The notes beneath the pieces were generated by a model. The model was not told the DNA's origin. It did no database searches and saw nothing but the letters and a program-made list of their open reading frames with translations. From positions 21,779,317-21,843,316 of the forward strand of contig NC_092671.1 in the NCBI RefSeq assembly GCF_964355755.1: a stretch of DNA of 64,000 nucleotides. Reading direction: 5' to 3'. The position numbers were made by a program, and so were the translations under genes. Positions 1 to 12,000 of the stretch are shown here, in pieces. This DNA comes from Antedon mediterranea. Taxonomy: Eukaryota > Animalia > Echinodermata. How positions within the stretch are numbered: the first letter of the stretch is position 1; every line of letters starts with the position of its first letter.

Positions 1-3000
1 AGCTTAATATCGTATTTAAAAACGTTTTAGACCATTTTGAGCATTTCGACAAAACTTTTTCACACAAAACACCAAGGTGTACAGAATAGCTTCAAATCGC
101 ATTTGGAGACGTTTTAGACCATTTTGTGATTTTCGAAAAAACTTGTTAATATAAAAACACCAAAGTACTTAGAATAGCTTCAAATCGCATTTGGAGACGT
201 TGTAGACCATTTTGTGATTTTCGAAAAAACTTGGTTACACAAAAACATCAAAGTGGTTAAAATCACATTATAAACCGTTTTAGACCATTTTGAGCATTTC
301 GATAACACTTTTCACACAAAAACATCAAAGTGCTTAGAATAGCTTCAAATCGCATTTGGAGACGTTTTAGACCATTTTGTGATTTTCGAAAAAAACTTTT
401 TAACATAAAAACACCAAACTGCTAAGAATAGCTTCAAATCGCATATGGAGACAATTTAGACCATTTTGTGATTTTCGAAAAAACTTGTTAACATAAAAAC
501 ACCAAAGTGCTTAGAATACCTTCAAATCGCATTTGGAGACATTTTAGACCATTTTGTGATTTTCGAAAAAACTTGTTAACATAAAAACATCAAAGTGCTA
601 AGAATAGCTTCCAATCGCATTTGGAGACGTTTTAGACCATTTTGTGATTTTCGAAAACAACTTGTTAACATAAAAACACCAAAGTGCTTAGAATAGCTTC
701 AAATCGCATTTGGAGACGTTTTAGACCAATTTGTGATTTTCGAAAAAACTTGGTTACACAAAAACATCAAAGTGGATAAAATCACATTATAAACCGTTTT
801 AGACCATTTTGAGCATTTCGATAACACATTTCACACAAAAACATCAAAGAGCACAAAATAGCTTAATATCGTATTTAAAAACGTTTTAAACCATTTTGAG
901 CATTTCGACAAAACTTTTTCACACAAAACACCAAAGTGTACAGAATAGCTTCAAATCGCATTTGGAGACGTTTTAGACCATTTTGTGATTTTCGAAAAAA
1001 CTTGTTAATATAAAAACACCAAAGTACTTAGAATAGCTTCAAATCGCATTTGGAGACGTTGTAGACCATTTTGTGATTTTCGAAAAAACTTGTTAACATA
1101 AAAACACCAAAGTTTACAGAATAGCTTCAAATCGCATTTGGAGACGTTTTAGACAATTTTGTGCATTTCGATGAAACTTGGTTACACAAAAACATCAAAG
1201 TGCTTAAAATCACATTATAAACCGTTTTAGACCATTTGAGCATTTCCATAACACTTTTCACACAAAAACATCAAAGGGCACAATATAGCTTAATATCCTA
1301 TTTAAAAACGTTTTAGACCATTTTGAGCATTTCGACAAAACTTTTTCACACAAAACACCAAAGTGCTTAGAATACCTTCAAATCGCATTTGGAGACGTTT
1401 TAGACCATTTTGTGATTTTCGAAAAAACTTGTTAACATAAAAACACCAAAGTGCTAAGAATAGCTTCAAATCGCATTTGGAGACATTTTAGACCAATTTG
1501 TGATTTTCGAAAAAACTTGGTTACACAAAAACATCAAAATGCTTAAAATCACATTATAAAACCGTTTTAGACCATTTTGAGCATTTCGATAACACTTTTC
1601 ACACAAAAACATCAAAGAGCATAAAATAGGTTAATATCGTATTTAAAAACGTTTTAGACCATTTTGAGCATTTCGACAAAACTTTTTCACACAAAACACC
1701 AAAGTGTACAGAATAGCTTAATATCGTATTTAAAAACGTTTTAGACCATTTTGTGATTTTCGAAAAAACTTGTTAACATAAAAACACCAAAATGTTTAGA
1801 ATAGCTTCAAATTGCATTTGGAGACGTTTTAGACCATTTTGTGATTTTCGAAAAAACTTGTTAACACAAAAACACCAAAGTGATTAGAATAGCTTCAAAT
1901 CGCATTTGGAGACGTTTTAGACCATTTTGTGATTTTCGAAAAAACTTGTTAACACAAAAACACCAAAGTGATTAGAATAGCTTCAAATCGCATTTGGAGA
2001 CGTTTTAGACCATTTTGTGCATTTCGATGAAACTTGGTTACGCAAAAACATCAATGTGCTTAAAATCACATTATAAACCGTTTTAGACCATTTTGAGCAT
2101 ATCCATAAAACTTTTTACACAAAACACCAAAGTGCTTAGAATAGCTTCAAATCGCATTTGGAGACGTTTTAGACCATTTTGTGATTTTCGACAAAACTTT
2201 TTCACACAAAACACCAAAGTGCTTAGAATACCTTCAAATCGCATTTGGAGACGTTTTAGACCATTTTGTGATTTTCGAAAAAACTTGTTAACATAAAAAC
2301 ATCAAAGTGTACAGAATAGCTTCAAATCGCATTTGGAGACGTTTTAGACCATTTTGTGATTTTCGAAAAAACTTGTTAACATAAAAACACCAAAGTGCTT
2401 AGAATAGCTTCAAATCGCATTAGGAGACGTTTTAGACCATTTTGTGATTTTCGAAAAAACTTGTTAACATAAAAACACCAAAGTGCTTAGAATAGCTTCA
2501 AATCGCATTTGGAGACGTTTTAGACCATTTTGTGATTTTCGAAAAAACTTGTTAACATAAAAACACCAAAATGTTTAGAATAGCTTCAAATCGCATTTGG
2601 AGACGTTTTAGACCATTTTGTGATTTTCGAAAAAACTTGTTAACACAAAAACACCAAAGTGATTAGAATAGCTTCAAATCGCATTTGGAGACGTTTTAGA
2701 CCATTTTGTGCATTTCGATGAAACTTGGTTACGCAAAAACATCAAAGTGCTTAAAATCACATTATAAACCGTTTTAGACCATTTTGAGCATATCGATAAC
2801 ACTTTTCACACAAAAACATCAAAGAGCACAATATAGCTTAATATCGTATTTAAAAACGTTTTAGACCATTTTGAGCATTTCGACAAAACTTTTTCACACA
2901 AAACACCAAAGTTCTTAGAATAGCTTCAAATCGCATTTGGAGACGTTTTAGACCATTTTGTGATTTTCGAAAAAACTTGTTAACATAAAAACATCAAAGT

Positions 3001-6000
3001 GCTAAGAATAGCTTCAAATCGAATTTGGAGACATTTTAGACCAATTATTGATTTTCGAAAAAACTTGGTTACACAAAAACATCAAAGTGGTTAAAATCAC
3101 ATTATAAACCGTTTTAGACCATTTTGAGCATTTCGATAACACTTTTCACACAAAAACATCAAAGTGCTTAGAATAGCTTCAAATCGCATTTGGAGACGTT
3201 TTAGACCATTTTGTGATTTTCGAAAAAAACTTTTTAACATAAAAACACCAAACTGCTAAGAATAGCTTCAAATCGCATATGGAGACAATTTAGACCATTT
3301 TGTGATTTTCGAAAAAACTTGTTAACATAAAAACACCAAAGTGCTTAGAATACCTTCAAATCGCATTTGGAGACATTTTAGACCATTTTGTGATTTTCGA
3401 AAAAACTTGTTAACATAAAAACATCAAAGTGCTAAGAATAGCTTCCAATCGCATTTGGAGACGTTTTAGACCATTTTGTGATTTTCGAAAACAACTTGTT
3501 AACATAAAAACACCAAAGTGCTTAGAATAGCTTCAAATCGCATTTGGAGACGTTTTAGACCAATTTGTGATTTTCGAAAAAACTTGGTTACACAAAAACA
3601 TCAAAGTGGATAAAATCACATTATAACCCGTTTTAGACCATTTTGAGCATATCGATAACACTTTTCACACAAAAACATCAAAGACCACAATATAGCTTAA
3701 TATCGTATTTAAAAACGTTTTAGACCATTTTGAGCATTTCGACAAAACTTTTTCACACAAAACACCAAAGTGCTTAGAATAGCTTCAAATCGCATTTGGA
3801 GACGTTTTAGACCATTTTGTGATTTTCGAAAAAACTTGTTAACATAAAAACATCAAAGTGCTAAGAATAGCTTCAAATCGCATTTGGAGACATTTTAGAC
3901 CAATTAGTGATTTTCGAAAAAACTTGGTTACACAAAAACATCAAAGTGGTTAAAATCACATTATAAACCGTTTTAGACCATTTTGAGCATTTCGATAACA
4001 CTTTTCACACAAAAACATCAAAGTGCTTAGAATAGCTTCAAATCGCATTTGGAGACGTTTTAGACCATTTTGTGATTTTCGAAAAAAACTTTTTAACATA
4101 AAAACACCAAACTGCTAAGAATAGCTTCAAATCGCATATGGAGACAATTTAGACCATTTTGTGATTTTCGAAAAAACTTGTTAACATAAAAACACCAAAG
4201 TGCTTAGAATACCTTCAAATCGCATTTGGAGACATTTTAGACCATTTTGTGATTTTCGAAAAAACTTGTTAACATAAAAACATCAAAGTGCTAAGAATAG
4301 CTTCCAATCGCATTTGGAGACGTTTTAGACCATTTTGTGATTTTCGAAAACAACTTGTTAACATAAAAACACCAAAGTGCTTAGAATAGCTTCAAATCGC
4401 ATTTGGAGACGTTTTAGACCAATTTGTGATTTTCGAAAAAACTTGGTTACACAAAAACATCAAAGTGGATAAAATCACATTATAAACCGTTTTAGACCAT
4501 TTTGAGCATTTCGATAACACATTTCACACAAAAACATCAAAGAGCACAAAATAGCTTAATATCGTATTTAAAAACGTTTTAAACCATTTTGAGCATTTCG
4601 ACAAAACTTTTTCACACAAAACACCAAAGTGTACAGAATAGCTTCAAATCGCATTTGGAGACGTTTTAGACCATTTTGTGATTTTCGAAAAAACTTGTTA
4701 ATATAAAAACACCAAAGTACTTAGAATAGCTTCAAATCGCATTTGGAGACGTTGTAGACCATTTTGTGATTTTCGAAAAAACTTGTTAACATAAAAACAC
4801 CAAAGTTTACAGAATAGCTTCAAATCGCATTTGGAGACGTTTTAGACAATTTTGTGCATTTCGATGAAACTTGGTTACACAAAAACATCAAAGTGCTTAA
4901 AATCACATTATAAACCGTTTTAGACCATTTGAGCATTTCCATAACACTTTTCACACAAAAACATCAAAGGGCACAATATAGCTTAATATCCTATTTAAAA
5001 ACGTTTTAGACCATTTTGAGCATTTCGACAAAACTTTTTCACACAAAACACCAAAGTGCTTAGAATACCTTCAAATCGCATTTGGAGACGTTTTAGACCA
5101 TTTTGTGATTTTCGAAAAAACTTAACATAAAAACATCAAAGTTTACAGAATAGCTTCAAATCGCATTTGGAGACGTTTTAGACAATTTTGTGATTTTCGA
5201 AAAAACTTGTTAACATAAAAACACCAAAGTGCTTAGAATAGCTTCAAATCGCATTGGGAGACGTTTTAGACCATTTTGTGATTTTCGAAAAAAACTTGTT
5301 AACATAAAAACATCAAAGTGTACAGAATAGCTTCAAATCGCATTTGGAGACGTTTTAGACCATTTTGTGATTTTCGAAAAAACTTGTTAACATAAAAACA
5401 CCAAAGTGCTTAGAATAGCTTCAAATCGCATTTGGAGACGTTTTAAACCATTTTGTGATTTTCGAAAAAACTTGTTAACATAAAAACACCAAAATGTTTA
5501 GAATAGCTTCAAATCGCATTTGGAGACGTTTTAGACCATTTTGTGATTTTCGAAAAAACTTGTTAACACAAAAACACCAAAGTGATTAGAATAGCTTCAA
5601 ATCGCATTTGGAGACGTTTTAGACCATTTTGTGATTTTCGAAAAAACTTGTTAACATAAAAACACCAAAGTGATTAGAATAGCTTCAAATCGCATTTGGA
5701 GACGTTTTAGACCATTTTGTGCATTTCTATGAAACTTGGTTACGCAAAAACATCAAAGTGCTTAAAATCACATTATAAACCGTTTTAGACCATTTTGAGC
5801 ATATCGATAACACTTTTTACACAAAACACCAAAGTGCTTAGAATAGCTTCAAATCGCATTTGGAGACGTTTTAGACCATTTTGTGATTTTCGACAAAACT
5901 TTTTCACACAAAACACCAAAGTGCTTAGAATACCTTCAAATCGCATTTGGAGACGTTTTAGACCATTTTGTGATTTTCGAAAAAACTTGTTAACATAAAA

Positions 6001-9000
6001 ACATCAAAGTGTACAGAATAGCTTCAAATCGCATTTGGAGACGTTTTAGACCATTTTGTGATTTTCGAAAAAACTTGTTAACATAAAAACACCAAAGTGC
6101 TTAGAATAGCTTCAAATCGCATTAGGAGACGTTTTAGACCATTTTGTGATTTTCGAAAAAACTTGTTAACATAAAAACACCAAAGTGCTTAGAATAGCTT
6201 CAAATCGCATTTGGAGACGTTTTAGACCATTTTGTGATTTTCGAAAAAACTTGTTAACATAAAAACACCAAAGTTCTTAAAATAGCTTCAAATCGCATTT
6301 GGAGACGTTTTAGACCATTTTGTGATTTTCGAAAAAACTTGTTAACATAAAAACACCAAAGTGTTTAGAAAAGCTTCAAATCGCATTTGGAGACGTTTTA
6401 GACCATTTTGGGATTTTCGAAAAAACTTGTTAACATAAAAACACCAAAGTGCTTAGAATAGCTTCAAATCGCATTTGGAGACGTTTTAGACCATTTTGTA
6501 ATTTTCAAAAAAACTTGTTAACATAAAAACACCAAAGTTCTTAGAATAGCTTCAAATCGCATTTGGAGACGTTTTAGACCATTTTGTGCATTTCGATGAA
6601 ACTTGGTTACACAAAAACATCAAAGTGCTTAAAATCACATTATAAACCGTTTTAGACCATTTGAGCATTTCGATAACACTTTTCACACAAAAACATCAAA
6701 GGGCACAATATAGCTTAATATCCTATTTAAAAACGTTTTAGACCATTTTGAGCATTTCGACAAAACTTTTTCACACAAAACACCAAAGTGCTTAGAATAC
6801 CTTCAAATCGCATTTGGAGACGTTTTAGACAATTTTGTGATTTTCGAAAAAACTTGTTAACATAAAAACATCAAAGTTTACAGAATAGCTTCAAATCGCA
6901 TTTGGAGACGTTTTAGACAATTTTGTGATTTTCGAAAAAACTTGTTAACATAAAAACACCAAAGTGCTTAGAATAGCTTCAAATCGCATTGGGAGACGTT
7001 TTAGACCATTTTGTGATTTTCGAAAAAACTTGTTAACATAAAAACATCAAAGTGTACAGAATAGCTTCAAATCGCATTTGGAGACGTTTTAGACCATTTT
7101 GTGATTTTCGAAAAAACTTGTTAACATAAAAACACCAAAGTGCTTAGAATAGCTTCAAATCGCATTTGGAGACGTTTTAAACCATTTTGTGATTTTCGAA
7201 AAAACTTGTTAACATAAAAACACCAAAATGTTTAGAATAGCTTCAAATCGCATTTGGAGACGTTTTAGACCATTTTGTGATTTTCGAAAAAACTTGTTAA
7301 CACAAAAACACCAAAGTGATTAGAATAGCTTCAAATCGCATTTGGAGACGTTTTAGACCATTTTGTGATTTTCGAAAAAACTTGTTAACATAAAAACACC
7401 AAAGTGATTAGAATAGCTTCAAATCGCATTTGGAGACGTTTTAGACCATTTTGTGCATTTCGATGAAACTTGGTTACGCAAAAACATCAAAGTGCTTAAA
7501 ATCACATTATAAACCGTTTTAGACCATTTTGAGCATATCGATAACACTTTTTACACAAAACACCAAAGTGCTTAGAATAGCTTCAAATCGCATTTGGAGA
7601 CGTTTTAGACCATTTTGTGATTTTCGACAAAACTTTTTCACACAAAACACCAAAGTGCTTAGAATACCTTCAAATCGCATTTGGAGACGTTTTAGACCAT
7701 TTTGTGATTTTCGAAAAAACTTGTTAACATAAAAACATCAAAGTGTACAGAATAGCTTCAAATCGCATTTGGAGACGTTTTAGACCATTTTGTGATTTTC
7801 GAAAAAACTTGTTAACATAAAAACACCAAAGTGCTTAGAATAGCTTCAAATCGCATTAGGAGACGTTTTAGACCATTTTGTGATTTTCGAAAAAACTTGT
7901 TAACATAAAAACACCAAAGTGCTTAGAATAGCTTCAAATCGCATTTGGAGACGTTTTAGACCATTTTGTGATTTTCGAAAAAACTTGTTAACATAAAAAC
8001 ACCAAAATGTTTAGAATAGCTTCAAATCGCATTTGGAGACGTTTTAGACCATTTTGTGATTTTCGAAAAAACTTGTTAACACAAAAACACCAAAGTGATT
8101 AGAATAGCTTCAAATCGCATTTGGAGACGTTTTAGACCATTTTGTGCATTTCGATGAAACTTGGTTACGCAAAAACATCAAAGTGCTTAAAATCACATTA
8201 TAAACCGTTTTAGACCATTTTGAGCATATCGATAACACTTTTCACACAAAAACATCAAAGAGCACAATATAGCTTAATATCGTATTTAAAAACGTTTTAG
8301 ACCATTTTGAGCATTTCGACAAAACTTTTTCACACAAAACACCAAAGTGCTTAGAATAGCTTCAAATCGCATTTGGAGACGTTTTAGACCATTTTGTGAT
8401 TTTCGAAAAAACTTGTTAACATAAAAACATCAAAGGGCTAAGAATAGCTTCAAATCGCATTTGGAGACATTTTAGACCAATTAGTGATTTTCGAAAAAAC
8501 TTGGTTACACAAAAACATCAAAGTGGTTAAAATCACATTATAAACCGTTTTAGACCATTTTGAGCATTTCGATAACACTTTTTACACAAAAACATCAAAG
8601 TGCTTAGAATAGCTTCAAATCGCATTTGGAGACGTTTTAGACCATTTTGTGATTTTTGAAAAAAACTTTTTAACATATAAACACCAAACTGCTAAGAATA
8701 GCTTCAAATCGCATATGGAGACAATTTAGACCATTTTGTGATTTTCGAAAAAACTTGTTAACATAAAAACACCAAAGTGCTTAGAATACCTTCAAATCGC
8801 ATTTGGAGACGTTTTAGACCATTTTGTGATTTTCCAAAAGACTTGTTAACATAAAAACATCAAAGTGTACAGAATAGCTTCAAATCGCATTTGGAGACGT
8901 TTTAGACCATTTTGTGATTTTCGAAAAAACTTGTTAACATAAAAACACCAAAGTGCTTAGAATAGCTTCAAATCGCATTAGGAGACGTTTTAGACCATTT

Positions 9001-12000
9001 TGTGATTTTCGAAAAAACTTGTTAACATAAAAACACCAAAGTGCTTAGAATAGCTTCAAATCGCATTTGGAGACGTTTTAGACCATTTTGTGATTTTCGA
9101 AAAAACTTGTTAACATAAAAACACCAAAATGTTTAGAATAGCTTCAAATCACATTTGGAGACGTTTTAGACCATTTTGTGATTTTCGAAAAAACTTGTTA
9201 ACACAAAAACACCAAAGTGATTAGAATAGCTTCAAATCGCATTTGGAGACGTTTTAGACCAATTTGTGCATTTCGATGAAACTTGGTTACGCAAAAACAT
9301 CAAAGTGCTTAAAATCACATTATAAACCGTTTTAGACCATTTTGAGCATATCGATAACACTTTTCACACAAAAACATCAAAGAGCACAATATAGCTTAAT
9401 ATCTTATTTAAAAACGTTTTAGACCATTTTGAGCATTTCGACAAAACTTTTTCACACAAAACACCAAAGTGCTTAGAATAGCTTCAAATCGCATTTGGAG
9501 ACGTTTTAGACCATTTTGTGATTTTTGAAAAAAACTTTTTAACATATAAACACCAAACTGCTAAGAATAGCTTCAAATCGCATATGGAGACAATTTAGAC
9601 CATTTTGTGATTTTCGAAAAAACTTGTTAACATAAAAACACCAAAGTGCTTAGAATACCTTCAAATCGCATTTGGAGACGTTTTAGACCATTTTGTGATT
9701 TTCCAAAAGACTTGTTAACATAAAAACATCAAAGTGTACAGAATAGCTTCAAATCGCATTTGGAGACGTTTTAGACCATTTTGTGATTTTCGAAAAAACT
9801 TGTTAACATAAAAACACCAAAGTGCTTAGAATAGCTTCAAATCGCATTAGGAGACGTTTTAGACCATTTTGTGATTTTCGAAAAAACTTGTTAACATAAA
9901 AACACCAAAGTGCTTAGAATAGCTTCAAATCGCATTTGGAGACGTTTTAGACCATTTTGTGATTTTCGAAAAAACTTGTTAACATAAAAACACCAAAATG
10001 TTTAGAATAGCTTCAAATCACATTTGGAGACGTTTTAGACCATTTTGTGATTTTCGAAAAAACTTGTTAACACAAAAACACCAAAGTGATTAGAATAGCT
10101 TCAAATCGCATTTGGAGACGTTTTAGACCAATTTGTGCATTTCGATGAAACTTGGTTACGCAAAAACATCAAAGTGCTTAAAATCACATTATAAACCGTT
10201 TTAGACCATTTTGAGCATATCGATAACACTTTTCACACAAAAACATCAAAGAGCACAATATAGCTTAATATCTTATTTAAAAACGTTTTAGACCATTTTG
10301 AGCATTTCGACAAAACTTTTTCACACAAAACACCAAAGTTCTTAGAATAGCTTCAAATCGCATTTGGAGACGTTTTAGACCATTTTGTGATTTTCGAAAA
10401 AACTTGTTAACATAAAAACATCAAAGTGCTAAGAATAGCTTCAAATCGCATTTGGAGACATTTTAGACCAATTAGTGATTTTCGAAAAAACTTGGTTACA
10501 CAAAAACATCAAAGTGGTTAAAATCACATTATAAACCGTTTTAGACCATTTTGAGCATTTCGATAACACTTTTCACACAAAAACATCAAAGTGCTTAGAA
10601 TAGCTTCAAATCGCATTTGGAGACGTTTTAGACCATTTTGTGATTTTCGAAAAAAACTTTTTAACATAAAAACACCAAACTGCTAAGAATAGCTTCAAAT
10701 CGCATATGGAGACAATTTAGACCATTTGTGATTTTCGAAAAAACTTGTTAACATAAAAACACCAAAGTATTAGAATAGCTTCAAATCGCATATGGAGACA
10801 ATTTAGACCATTTTGTGATTTTCGAAAAAACTTGTTAACATAAAAACACCAAAGTGCTTAGAATACCTTCAAATCGCATTTGGAGACGTTTAAGACCATT
10901 TTGTGATTTTCGAAAAAACTTGTTAACATAAAAACACCAAAGTGCTTAGAATAGCTTCAAATCGCATTTGGAGACGTTTTAGACCAATTTGTGATTTTCG
11001 AAAAAACTTGGTTACACAAAAACATCAAAGTGGTTAAAAGCACATTATAAACCGTTTTAGACCATTTTGAGCATTTCGATAACACATTTCACACAAAAAC
11101 ATCAAAGAGCACAAAATAGCTTAATATCGTATTTAAAAACGTTTTAAACCATTTTGAGCATTTCGACAAAACTTTTTCACACAAAACACCAAAGTGCTTA
11201 GAATAGCTTCAAATCGCATTTGGAGACGTTTTAGACCATTTTGTGATTTTTGAAAAAAACTTTTTAACATATAAACACCAAACTGCTAAGAATAGCTTCA
11301 AATCGCATATGGAGACAATTTAGACCATTTTGTGATTTTCGAAAAAACTTGTTAACATAAAAACACCAAAGTGCTTAGAATACCTTCAAATCGCATTTGG
11401 AGACGTTTTAGACCATTTTGTGATTTTCCAAAAGACTTGTTAACATAAAAACATCAAAGTGTACAGAATAGCTTCAAATCGCATTTGGAGACGTTTTAGA
11501 CCATTTTGTGATTTTCGAAAAAACTTGTTAACATAAAAACACCAAAGTGCTTAGAATAGCTTCAAATCGCATTAGGAGACGTTTTAGACCATTTTGTGAT
11601 TTTCGAAAAAACTTGTTAACATAAAAACACCAAAGTGCTTAGAATAGCTTCAAATCGCATTTGGAGACGTTTTAGACCATTTTGTGATTTTCGAAAAAAC
11701 TTGTTAACATAAAAACACCAAAATGTTTAGAATAGCTTCAAATCACATTTGGAGACGTTTTAGACCATTTTGTGATTTTCGAAAAAACTTGTTAACACAA
11801 AAACACCAAAGTGATTAGAATAGCTTCAAATCGCATTTGGAGACGTTTTAGACCAATTTGTGCATTTCGATGAAACTTGGTTACGCAAAAACATCAAAGT
11901 GCTTAAAATCACATTATAAACCGTTTTAGACCATTTTGAGCATATCGATAACACTTTTCACACAAAAACATCAAAGAGCACAATATAGCTTAATATCTTA

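Noticed and set aside
2531-2550. CENP-B box at TTTCG
   Set aside because: Only TTCG matches, and the essential downstream CGGG is absent.
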